A DNA stretch of 64,000 bases from an uncultured Acidobacteriota bacterium. GTDB lineage: Bacteria > Acidobacteriota > UBA6911. Position numbers and translations under genes: made by a program. Numbering within the stretch: the first letter of the stretch is position 1; every line of letters starts with the position of its first letter. The DNA is taken from assembly GCA_963809485.1 (NCBI GenBank), contig CAWEJX010000020.1, positions 576,001-640,000 of the forward strand, given 5' to 3'. A model generated the notes under the pieces. That model was not told where the DNA came from and did not search any database. It worked only from the letters and a program-made list of their open reading frames with translations. Of this stretch, positions 1 to 8,770 are shown in pieces.

Positions 1-75
1 GAGCCGGGTCTATCACGAAAAGCATAAAGTAAAATACAGGCTGACAGGACAAAACATTGCCCAGGAGAAGCAGAT

Positions 76-564
76 ATGAGTACGAATGAAAATCAATCGG
101 TATCAGGTAGGAAGCCAATTAGGGGAGCAATGACTAGAGAACAATTTCTGGAATATATTGCCTGCTTTAACAGAAAGGATTTCGGTGCCGTTGCCAGTTA
201 CTTCACCCCAACGATCACGGTGGAGTACTACGACAACGCTATAGGCCCCACAGTGCCGGCCCGGACGCTCCATGGCCCCCAGGAATTTATCGAAAGCTAT
301 AAACAGCTTTCTTCCGTTGTTAAAGAAGTCCTGGAATTGCGCGATTTTATGTCAAGCGAAGACCGGGTGTTCGCCGAGCTTTATACCGAATTCCATCCTT
401 TCAAGGATACGGAACCGGTTGTCGGACGGATACAGTGGAAAAAGGGGCAACCGGTTATTTCGACCAACTGGGTCCTGTACGAAATGGCGGACGGGAAAAT
501 GAACCGAATCCGAATCGCGCATTGGAGGCTTCACGATCCAAAAACTGCGAAATTCAAAGAATGA
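76..564 (+). CDS. SnoaL-like / NTF2-fold protein
   Basis: 162-aa ORF with AGGAG RBS; 'YIACFNRKDFGAVASYF...LHGPQEFIESY...RVFAEL' pattern typical of SnoaL-like domains. Confidence 0.7.
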   Translation: MSTNENQSVSGRKPIRGAMTREQFLEYIACFNRKDFGAVASYFTPTITVEYYDNAIGPTVPARTLHGPQEFIESYKQLSSVVKEVLELRDFMSSEDRVFAELYTEFHPFKDTEPVVGRIQWKKGQPVISTNWVLYEMADGKMNRIRIAHWRLHDPKTAKFKE

Positions 565-600
565 TCTAATTGTACGATGCCCCTCGTATGTGGATTAGGA

Positions 601-813
601 GTCAGGCACCTCCGGCTTTGCCGGAGGCTTGAAAGATTTGAACCGCTCAAAACGGTTGGAGGAGTTACGCCGGTCTTGAACGCTGACTTACGCGGGCAAA
701 AGCCGAACAAATCGGCGTTTGTCAGCGCTTTTATCAGCGTTTCTCAGCGTTTCAAAATACGGAGCTGTCAAACTCTTTGAGTCCCCCGGCAGAGCCGGGG
801 ATTTACCAATGTA
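601..813 (-). mobile_element. Non-autonomous IS200/IS605-type palindromic element, copy 1 (internally deleted, 213 bp)
   Basis: Subterminal hairpins CCTCCGGC-ttt-GCCGGAGG and CCCCGGC-aga-GCCGGGG; near-identical to copies at 5887, 8344, 11445, 40313, 55425. Confidence 0.85.
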
Positions 814-920
814 ATTAGCTCTTAAGGGGATACCCCTGCAGGGGATCCATCCCGACAATAATGGCCCCTTTGTCGCGCATCGAGGCCCGGGGCGAAAACT
901 CCCAATATCCACTTGACGGC

Positions 921-1298
921 TCAGTCAGGCAAGGCTTCCACGCGAATGCGCGCGCCGGCATGGACGCGGCGGAGTTGTGTCACATCGTCCAGCGCCCAGC
1001 CCCAGATATTTGTCGGCTCGACCAGGCGGATCTCAGTGCCTCGGGAAACCGGCGTCGGCCCGAAACCGATCGCGATGGAGTTCCCTGCCACCCAGAAAGC
1101 CAGTTCGCCGGGCTCCACCACGTCCCGGGCGTCCGGCTCGAGCTTCGCGGTCACCGGGGTTGAAAAATAGACTTCCTCGCCCCAAGTCTCCGCGCGAGAG
1201 TCCAACGGCAGCGCAGACCAAACTGCATCGGCGGTCGGCGTGCCGTACAACTCCGCATGGACGATCAAATCACCGATCGTCATTCTGAGTCTTCGCAT
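921..1298 (-). CDS. Cyclophilin-like fold protein (DUF369/TM1367-like)
   Basis: 'AETWGEEVYFSTPV...VEPGELAFW..GNSIAIGFGPTP' signature; start reassigned to ATG 1298 downstream of the hairpin. Confidence 0.75.
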   Translation of the reverse strand: MRRLRMTIGDLIVHAELYGTPTADAVWSALPLDSRAETWGEEVYFSTPVTAKLEPDARDVVEPGELAFWVAGNSIAIGFGPTPVSRGTEIRLVEPTNIWGWALDDVTQLRRVHAGARIRVEALPD

Positions 1299-1314
1299 TC
1301 CATGCCCCCGATTC

Positions 1315-1364
1315 AAAAAAAATGCCACGGATTTCATGGATTTAATGTCCATGAAATCCGTGGC
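1315..1364 (-). terminator. Intrinsic terminator after the flavoprotein operon
   Basis: Perfect 17-bp stem GCCACGGATTTCATGGA/TCCATGAAATCCGTGGC with 7-nt loop, followed by a T-run on the minus strand. Confidence 0.75.
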
Positions 1365-1393
1365 TGTGTTTTCACAGGATACATCCGCCGGAA

Positions 1394-2863
1394 CTAGACC
1401 AGCGCCCCAGCCTCGGGAGATACACCGTTCGGATCGATAGCCTGCTGGATCTTCTTCCACCACAGATGGAAGTTGGATAAACCCGGCCCCATTTGATCCA
1501 CCGGCCCCATCAACACCGCGAAGTAGCGCTCATTAAAGGCCCTCGCGCTCTGCTCTTTGCTCCAGGCCTCCACGGCGGCTTTCGCCTCCAGGTTCTGGGG
1601 ATCGAATTTGCAGAAAATCTCCGTTTTTCCCAGATGCCCCTGCTCGACGCCCCATCCGAAAAAGCCTCCGCCATCGTCCACGATCAGGCCTTTTTCTATC
1701 AGAGGCATCTTCGCTTTGCCGGCTCCCACGGCCCACCGGATGGTCAAATCCCGCTGTCCCATGACGGGAATAGAGCTGAAGGCTCCTCCGGGCCGGAAGG
1801 TCTCGCGGATCGAGGCGGAAATCCTCACGCACTGGCACATGATGATTCCCTCGGTCCTGGGATCCTCTATCGATTTCAGAGACTTCCCGCCGGCATCCTT
1901 GACGATCTGCTCGAGCGCCATTTTCTTATATTCGAAGTCGGCGGCCGAGTTGCCGGCCAATATCACGAAGAAACCAGGCCCCTGCACCTCCTGGCTCAAT
2001 TTCTTGAAGAGGGCCTCCTCTTCCTCATTGTTTTTGGCGATATTGGCGGCCACCATGGCCACGTTAAAGCCCATCAGTTCGAAGGCTATCTCGTTTTCAC
2101 CGAGCCTTATTTCAGCCTGCCACATCTTTTCCACCGACGGGAAGCTGTAATACCTCGCCATCATGTTCTTCGGTATTTCGCTCAGGGAATAATCCGGCGA
2201 TACCCCTTGCACGGGAAACTGCTTGGGGCCCGGCCAGTGATAGATCTTCAGCGCTGCCTTGGTGAACACGCCGGGCGTCACTCCCGGGGGCACGGCACTG
2301 GTCAGGATGGCCCTCAAGGATGGACCCGGTCCGTCGCCGCAGAACCACTCATCGGAGGATCCCAGCGAGCCGGATTTGACAATGTTCCCCTCCGGAGTGA
2401 CCCACTCGATCGCCAGGTGGTTGCGGTCATCGCCGCTTGTGGTTTGATCCAGATGCCCGTGTCCCCTGAGCATAGCCGCGCAGTTGGCCCCGGCCCCTTT
2501 GACATTCATGTGCAGCCCTCGCTTCATCAGCTCAGCCTGAAGCTGCGCGGTGATGACATAAGGCTCCACCACGGCATACATGTTCTTCTCGTTGATCTCG
2601 ATAATGCGGTTCATCCTCCTAAGATCGAGATAGACGATACCGGGAGGAAACATGCCCGTCCAGCCGGTGCATACAGCCCGCATTTTCAGCTTGTACTTGT
2701 TGCACAGCCTGACGATTGCCTGGACCTCGGCTGTGTTTCCCGGCAGGATTACCGCTGCGTGCTCGGTCGAGTGATACGAAGGCATGATGACCGGATCATC
2801 GCAGATATTTTCCTCTCCCACTACATCCTGGAAAGCCGCATAGATTTCCTTGCTCAAAGCCAT
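1394..2863 (-). CDS. FAD-binding oxidoreductase (VAO/PCMH, GlcD-like family)
   Basis: 'P.NTAEVQAIVRLCN', 'LDLRRMNRIIEINEKNMYAVVEPYV' and C-terminal 'IDPNG' motifs. Confidence 0.85.
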   Translation of the reverse strand: MALSKEIYAAFQDVVGEENICDDPVIMPSYHSTEHAAVILPGNTAEVQAIVRLCNKYKLKMRAVCTGWTGMFPPGIVYLDLRRMNRIIEINEKNMYAVVEPYVITAQLQAELMKRGLHMNVKGAGANCAAMLRGHGHLDQTTSGDDRNHLAIEWVTPEGNIVKSGSLGSSDEWFCGDGPGPSLRAILTSAVPPGVTPGVFTKAALKIYHWPGPKQFPVQGVSPDYSLSEIPKNMMARYYSFPSVEKMWQAEIRLGENEIAFELMGFNVAMVAANIAKNNEEEEALFKKLSQEVQGPGFFVILAGNSAADFEYKKMALEQIVKDAGGKSLKSIEDPRTEGIIMCQCVRISASIRETFRPGGAFSSIPVMGQRDLTIRWAVGAGKAKMPLIEKGLIVDDGGGFFGWGVEQGHLGKTEIFCKFDPQNLEAKAAVEAWSKEQSARAFNERYFAVLMGPVDQMGPGLSNFHLWWKKIQQAIDPNGVSPEAGALV

Positions 2864-2877
2864 GATTGGTCACCCCC

Positions 2878-4146
2878 TTATTGAATTGCCTGTTCGACGA
2901 GTTCGACGATATCGTAGACCTTCAGGTTGCTTCCGCTCCCCTGGACCGCTTCGTTGAAAGTCCGCTCGCACCAGGGACAGGCGGTAACAATCGCCTCGGC
3001 CCCTGTGGATCGGGCTTCCTCCAATCTCTCCTGCGCGGTCCACCCGGCGAATTCAGGATTTGAGTCGCGGACACCGCCGCCGGCGCCGCAACACCACGAG
3101 TATTCCTTGACCCTGGTCATTTCGCCAAATTTCAATCCCGGAATGCGCTTGAGGATACTCCTGGGCGGCTCATAAACTCCATGGCTGCCCCGCCGGTAAA
3201 TTTTGGGCGGATCGAAAACAAACCGGTCCCCCGGCTTCTTCTTGCCTTCCCAGTGTATCCACGGTTCACCCAGCCTGCCGAGCCGGCACGGGTCGTGATA
3301 CGTAACCGCGAGGTCGACCTTCCGGGACAGCTTCAGTTTGCCGCTCTGAACCAGGCTGTCGATGCATTCGGAAATATGGAGCACCTCGAGGTTGCCCTTC
3401 AGGCCGTACTGGTCATAAAGCACTTTGAAAGCCTGGTACCCGTCGGCACAGGCCGTCACGACGGTCTTAACGCCTGCTTCCTTGATCATGGCCATATTCT
3501 TTTTGGCCTGATTCAGGAAATCTTCTTTGTACCCCATCTGATAGGCCCGTCCGCCGCAGCATGTCTCGGCGTCGCCCGCGATACCGAAATTGACGCCCGC
3601 CTTCTGCAGGATCTTAGCGGTGGCCCTGGCCAGCTTCTGCATATTCTTATCGTAGCTGGTGAGGCAGCCGACGTGATAGAGAACATCCACTTTTTCCTTG
3701 GCAGCGTTCTTCAGGTTCAGGCCGGAAGCCCAGTCGCCCCTTTTGCCCGCCACCGGGACCATGGAGCCCTGCTGCCGGAGGCCGGCGATCACCTTGTCGA
3801 GCGCAGGACTCGTTTTGCCATCCTCGACACACTTGATCCGGAACTGCTGGATGGGCTCGGTGACTTCCATGTCCATGGCATAGTTGCAGGAAACACCGCA
3901 GGCGCCGCATACCTGGCAGTTGTACACTATGTGGAGAAGCTTGTCGCTGTATTTGAATCCGTCCTTCAGCATTGCCGCCCCGATATTTACGCGGCCGCCG
4001 CCTGAATAGCTGTGGAAATTGAATCTCGATATGCTGGGGCACACATTGGCAAACTGAAATCCGGCCACCTTTTGCAAGGGTATGAATTTGCAGGCTGAAC
4101 ACCGGCAGCACATCTCCATATCGCCTTTATACTGTTCAAGTCCCAT
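2878..4146 (-). CDS. (Fe-S)-binding protein with two CCG domains (GlcF/HdrD-like)
   Basis: N-terminal CxxCxxC / CxxCxxCxxxC motifs, 'TCCGG', 'TYHDPCRLGR', 'WCCGAGGG', 'TACPWC'. Confidence 0.9.
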   Translation of the reverse strand: MGLEQYKGDMEMCCRCSACKFIPLQKVAGFQFANVCPSISRFNFHSYSGGGRVNIGAAMLKDGFKYSDKLLHIVYNCQVCGACGVSCNYAMDMEVTEPIQQFRIKCVEDGKTSPALDKVIAGLRQQGSMVPVAGKRGDWASGLNLKNAAKEKVDVLYHVGCLTSYDKNMQKLARATAKILQKAGVNFGIAGDAETCCGGRAYQMGYKEDFLNQAKKNMAMIKEAGVKTVVTACADGYQAFKVLYDQYGLKGNLEVLHISECIDSLVQSGKLKLSRKVDLAVTYHDPCRLGRLGEPWIHWEGKKKPGDRFVFDPPKIYRRGSHGVYEPPRSILKRIPGLKFGEMTRVKEYSWCCGAGGGVRDSNPEFAGWTAQERLEEARSTGAEAIVTACPWCERTFNEAVQGSGSNLKVYDIVELVEQAIQ

Positions 4147-4189
4147 ATTCGGAACCTCCTAGGATCATTGGGTAAAGAGTCCAGCTCTG

Positions 4190-5656
4190 CTAAAAGCAGA
4201 CTTTCCCCGGATTCATAATGTTGTTGGGATCGAAAATCTTCTTAAACTTGCCCAGAACGGCGACGCTGGCCGCGTCTCTGTTCAGAATCATTCCCGCAGT
4301 TTCGCCATACGGCCGTGAAAAGAAGGCACCCCGGGCCATCAAGCTTCGGGTCGCCGAAATTGTCAGCTCCTGCACTCGCTCGACCTCTCTCGAGTTGCGG
4401 AGATCGTAAAAAAGATTGAACTCGCAGTGGCAGCTTGTGCCCTGCACGATCGGCTGTATGTAAGCTCCCATATCGGAAATGGCATAACCCGACTTGTCGG
4501 CCAGCTCATCCATGGTCTCGATTTGACTTTGCACCTTGTCGTTGATGGTCAGGAAGAATACATCCTGGCAGGCTCCTTTGCCGCGAAGCTTCCAATAGGG
4601 CTCCCGGGAAGGTTTCCGCACCACCTTCAGGATCTCGTTCGCGGAAAGCCCGCCGACAGCTTTAGCCGGTTCTATCCCCAGGCGCTGGGTCAAATCCGTA
4701 ATGTCCTTCAGGTATGCGTTAACCCTTTCCTCGGGCTTAAACTCGTAGCCAGCCACCGTGTAGAAGAGAATCCATTCCGGCAGAGCATCCTTGAGCGCCT
4801 GATAATCCGCGGGCCATTTTTCCGCAAAAATGGCCGCCAGGTTGGTGTTGTTGAGTATGAAACATTCGTTGACCATTCTGAGCCGGATCAGCCAGGAGGT
4901 GAGATCAAGCAGCGTGCCGATTTTGGCGGAACCAACCACAAAAGGCTCCTCGAGACTGGGCAGCAGTTCGCATCTCATGGATGCCCACGTGACCAGGCCC
5001 ATTGTCCCCTGAGCCCCCTGGATCAGCCTGTGCCAGGATGCCGTGCCGGGCCCATAGGGCGCTTTTTGCAGGCCGCCGACTGCCCACTGCTCTTCAATGG
5101 TTCCCGGCCCTGCGGCCTGGCCGGTTCTGAACTCCTCCCCGGATCCGAAGAAAATCCCGGTGCAGGCCAGGGGGTCCGAGATATCCCATTGATACTTGGG
5201 CATGATCACGGGTTCCCTTTCGAGTATGCTGCCCACGACAGACTTGGATTGTCGCGGAAGCAGCGGCATGTTGAGCCTTAGACCTTCCTTCTCCGCCGCC
5301 GGTATCAGTTCACCGAAAGTGACGCCCGGTTCTACCATGGCAACCCGGCGCGGCCTGTCGACCAGGATGATCTTTTTCATACCGCTGAGATCCACGACAA
5401 CAGCCCCTCCGGTGCCCGGAACGGTATCGCCCCGGAAATGGGGCGGGCCTGAACTCACTGGCACCAGCGGCGTCCGAGTTTCATTGGCCAGCTTCATGAT
5501 ATTCTGTATTTGATCGGCGTTGGCCGCCTTGACCACACACGACGGTTTCATAGCGGTGATGAAGCTTATGTCTCTGGAATATGCGTCCAGCGTGGCCTGG
5601 TCGTAACTCACGTTACCGGCCCCCAAAATGTTTACCAGCTTCTCCTTTTCAATCAT
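4190..5656 (-). CDS. FAD-binding oxidoreductase (VAO/PCMH, GlcD-like family)
   Basis: 'VDLSGMKKIILVD...VEPGVTF', 'GAQGTMGLVT', C-terminal 'FDPNNIMNPGK'. Confidence 0.85.
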   Translation of the reverse strand: MIEKEKLVNILGAGNVSYDQATLDAYSRDISFITAMKPSCVVKAANADQIQNIMKLANETRTPLVPVSSGPPHFRGDTVPGTGGAVVVDLSGMKKIILVDRPRRVAMVEPGVTFGELIPAAEKEGLRLNMPLLPRQSKSVVGSILEREPVIMPKYQWDISDPLACTGIFFGSGEEFRTGQAAGPGTIEEQWAVGGLQKAPYGPGTASWHRLIQGAQGTMGLVTWASMRCELLPSLEEPFVVGSAKIGTLLDLTSWLIRLRMVNECFILNNTNLAAIFAEKWPADYQALKDALPEWILFYTVAGYEFKPEERVNAYLKDITDLTQRLGIEPAKAVGGLSANEILKVVRKPSREPYWKLRGKGACQDVFFLTINDKVQSQIETMDELADKSGYAISDMGAYIQPIVQGTSCHCEFNLFYDLRNSREVERVQELTISATRSLMARGAFFSRPYGETAGMILNRDAASVAVLGKFKKIFDPNNIMNPGKVCF

Positions 5657-5886
5657 CCTTGCCCCCTTTCACTCGTAACCAGTCCGATTGGCACTGGCAA
5701 AAAAAGCAGATCCGCCTTCCTGTATGATGACGGCTTCCGTTTCAGACGGCGGATTGAAATTGTACAGCAGAACAGCCAGCCGGGATTCGAAATTGTTGCG
5801 TTCCTGTGCCTTCAAAGCCCTCCGTTGCGAAATCCCGGATACAAAAGGATCTCAAATCCGAAAACAACTGAAATTCCCGGATTAAT

Positions 5887-6284
5887 TACATTGGTAAACC
5901 TCCGGCTCTGCCGGGGGACTCAAAGAGTTTGACAGCTCCGTATTTTGAAACGCTGAGAAACGCTGATAAAAGCGCTAACAAACGCCGATTTGTTCGGCGA
6001 GGGTCGGCGAGCAAAAGCCGATGAGGCGCTTCCGATGGAGTTTTCTGCGGCGGCACTGTGGCAAACGCCCGGTTTCTCATACCCTTCATCTCCTTGCCGC
6101 ACGGCGCTTGCCACAGTGCCGCCGCAGAAAACTGTCCAGCGCGGAGCGCTGGCCCCTGCGGGGATCGGAAGCGCCTCATCGGCTTTTGCCCGCGTAAGTC
6201 AGCGTTCAAGACCGGCGTAACTCCTCCAACCGCTTTGAGCGGTTTAAATCTTTCAAGCCTCCGGCTTTGCCGGAGGTACCTGAC
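5887..6284 (+). mobile_element. Non-autonomous IS200/IS605-type palindromic element, copy 2 (full length, 398 bp)
   Basis: LE TACATTGGTAAA + hairpin after TAAT; nested internal inverted repeats; RE AACCGCTTTGAGCGGTT + CCTCCGGCTTTGCCGGAGG ending in TGAC. Confidence 0.88.
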
Positions 6285-6291
6285 TCAAATC

Positions 6292-8088
6292 TCAGCCCGA
6301 CATCGGGCTCGCCTCCGCATATTTTCGGCTGAAATCCGGTATGGATGCCAGCTCGATATATCCTACGCGCGAGGCAATCTGCCGGGCAAGCGCACGCTGG
6401 CTGTCGGAAATGAGCGCCAGACGCGCTCCCGTCCCTGCCGCATTGCCGACCTGTTTGAAACGCTCCAGCGGCAGCGGAGGAAGCATGCCGATCGTTGTGG
6501 CGCTCTCCACGTCGATAAACGTTCCGAAGGCACCGGCGATAATGACGGTGTCGATCTGACCTTCAGTCAGGCCTGCTGCTTCCGCCAGCGTCCTTATGCC
6601 CAGGCGTATGGCGGCTTTCGCCAGCTGAAGCTCCCGCACATCCTTTTGGGAAACCGTAATCGCATCCTTCCCCGGGCGTTCCACGAGCACGAACTCCATC
6701 TGCCCGTCTGGATTGCGTACCCTCGGGTGCGGAGCCATCCGACCCGTGACGTCCAGGATATGGTTCAGCCGGAGCTGCGCCACGACGTCCAGCAAGCCGG
6801 ATCCGCAGATGCCGACCGCCGGTTCGCCGCCGATGGTCTGGACGTCCAGCCTGTCACCCGACAGGCGCACATGCTCGATGGAGCCGGGCGCGGCGCGCAT
6901 CCCATACTTGATGTGGGCGCCCTCGAAGGCCGGGCCGGAAGCGCAGGAAACGCTGGTCATCCTGCCGTTGTGGTTCAGGCATATTTCGGTATTGGTGCCG
7001 ATGTCGATGGCAAGCACCGTGGTTTGAAAATCGGCTATCTGCGCCGCCAGAAGCATGGCCACATGGTCCGCTCCGACATATCCCGCGATATTCGGCAACA
7101 GGTGCACATAGCCGCCCGGAGCGATGCGCAGTCCGATATCCCGGGCCTTGATATCCACCGCCGATCGAACTGCCGGCACATAAGGGGACATCCCCAGCTG
7201 AAGCACCGGCAATCCCAAAAACAGGTGATGGATGGCAGTATTGCCGACGACAACCGCTTCAACGATATCCGACGGGCTGGCTCCGATTTCGGCGCACAGG
7301 CCGGAGGAGGTCTGATTCAGAGCATCCACCAGCAGGGCCTGAAGCTTGGCCGCATTCGAGGGAGCTTTGCTGGCGGCATAGATGCGCGCGACCACATCCT
7401 CCCCATAAGAAATTTGCGGATTCATCAATCCTCTGGACCCGAGGGTTTTTCCGCTCTCCATATCCACAAGGTACGCGGCAATCTTTGTGGTGCCGATATC
7501 CACGGCCAGGCCAAGCCATCGCGTGGATGACGCACCCAACGCGACGATTTCGTTGCCGCGCAGAGCCACACACGCGTTCCAATCCGTCTCGCGCAGCCGC
7601 GTTGATAGAGTTTGCTGGACTCGCAAATCGATCAGCCCGGATGGCACTCCATGCCGCTGTGCCAGCGCGGCCCAGAGGTTCTGATCATCCGACTCCGGAA
7701 CTCCGAGAGAGGGGACCGCCGGCTGCACATTCAGCGTTCGCACGGGAGGTTCCGGTTTGACGGCAAGTTCCAGGCCCTCAACCTGGGTGCGTTGCGGAGC
7801 CGTCAGGGATTCCGGCAGAACGTGCACCGTCACATCGCTCCGGGGATAGGTCCGGCAGGCCAGGCGGAAGTTCTGCGACCGTTCGCTCTCCGTGAAGATG
7901 GATGCGTCTTCCGAAGTCCGTTCCGAGACCTCTCCGGATACAACCTGCACTTTGCAGTGGCCGCATGTGCCCGCCCCACCGCAAATGCTTACAAGGTCCA
8001 CATTGAGCTCGCGGGCGCATTCCAGCAGCGATTGATCTCCGGAGCATTCGCCACGACGTCCGACAGGCTGGAAATCTATATCAAACAA
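6292..8088 (-). CDS. ASKHA-domain reductive activator of corrinoid proteins (RACo, DUF4445) with N-terminal 2Fe-2S ferredoxin
   Basis: 'CGGAGTCGHC...RLAC' 2Fe-2S domain; 'AVDIGTTK', 'NPQISYGEDV', 'IDIGTNTE', 'SGPAFEG', 'ITVSQKDVRELQLAKAAI'. Confidence 0.92.
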   Translation of the reverse strand: MFDIDFQPVGRRGECSGDQSLLECARELNVDLVSICGGAGTCGHCKVQVVSGEVSERTSEDASIFTESERSQNFRLACRTYPRSDVTVHVLPESLTAPQRTQVEGLELAVKPEPPVRTLNVQPAVPSLGVPESDDQNLWAALAQRHGVPSGLIDLRVQQTLSTRLRETDWNACVALRGNEIVALGASSTRWLGLAVDIGTTKIAAYLVDMESGKTLGSRGLMNPQISYGEDVVARIYAASKAPSNAAKLQALLVDALNQTSSGLCAEIGASPSDIVEAVVVGNTAIHHLFLGLPVLQLGMSPYVPAVRSAVDIKARDIGLRIAPGGYVHLLPNIAGYVGADHVAMLLAAQIADFQTTVLAIDIGTNTEICLNHNGRMTSVSCASGPAFEGAHIKYGMRAAPGSIEHVRLSGDRLDVQTIGGEPAVGICGSGLLDVVAQLRLNHILDVTGRMAPHPRVRNPDGQMEFVLVERPGKDAITVSQKDVRELQLAKAAIRLGIRTLAEAAGLTEGQIDTVIIAGAFGTFIDVESATTIGMLPPLPLERFKQVGNAAGTGARLALISDSQRALARQIASRVGYIELASIPDFSRKYAEASPMSG

Positions 8089-8343
8089 TGAAATTCTCCT
8101 TTACTTTGGAGATGAACACATACCGGACTGTTTACAGCAGGAAGGTACTATCTTATATCCCATTTGACCCGAAATGGGAACCAAAACCCCCAGCGGCATC
8201 AGCGGCGCCATGCCGGATGCCCGAGGAAAGCGGAAAGCCCACGGGAGGTGAAAGACCTTGCATAAAAATTATTGATGTGTGCGCCAAAGACGGCGGTTTC
8301 ATCATGTCGGTCAGATGTCCGATGGACGACGCCAGGGCTGAGA

Positions 8344-8584
8344 GACAGGTACCGGCAAAGCCGGAGGCTTGAATGATTTGAACCGCTCAAAGCGGTTGGA
8401 GGAGTTACGCCGGTCTTGAACGCTGACTTACGCGGGCAAAAGCCGATGAGGCGCTTCCGATCCCCGCCCCTCGCCGAACAAATCGGCGTTTGTCAGCGCT
8501 TTTATCAGCGTTTCTCAGCGTTTCAAAATAAGGAGCTGTCAAACTCTTTGAGTCCCCCGGCAGAGCCGGGGGTTTACCAATGGA
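8344..8584 (-). mobile_element. Non-autonomous IS200/IS605-type palindromic element, copy 3 (internally deleted)
   Basis: Same ends as other copies; flank TGAT; interior truncated after ...TTCCGATCCCCGC. Confidence 0.85.
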
Positions 8585-8770
8585 ATCATAAGGCCATGAG
8601 CGACTTCACCTGCAAATATGGCGTCTACCGATCGCCCGCAGCTCTCACAGCTTTCACCCTGCAAGGCCCCAGGCGGACAGAGATGATCTCCAGAGCCGTA
8701 CGGTGAGCGAATGCCTGGTTGTGGCTTCAAAACCACTGCCCCGAAAGGGTTGAGGCGCGGGCAGGGGCAC

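Noticed and set aside
577-912. Small ORFs recurring in the repeats (e.g. ...YIGKLPALPGDSKSLTAPYFETL..., ...NADLRGQKP...)
   Set aside because: They are translations of the palindromic element in several frames with variable ends, with no HUH or other protein motif
5887-6284. Element interior as a TnpB/IscB omega-RNA locus
   Set aside because: No tnpB/iscB ORF or remnant is present; the structure is explained by nested inverted repeats. An RNA role cannot be excluded without data
6058-7530. Long antisense ORFs (also 1493-2884, 9616-10803, 23858-25114, 47307-48356)
   Set aside because: Shadow ORFs opposite well-supported genes in GC-rich DNA, with no recognisable motifs
8089-8343. Cobalamin riboswitch upstream of the RACo gene
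   Set aside because: No B12-box or conserved GGGAA/GCCACTG elements on the sense strand; only small hairpins
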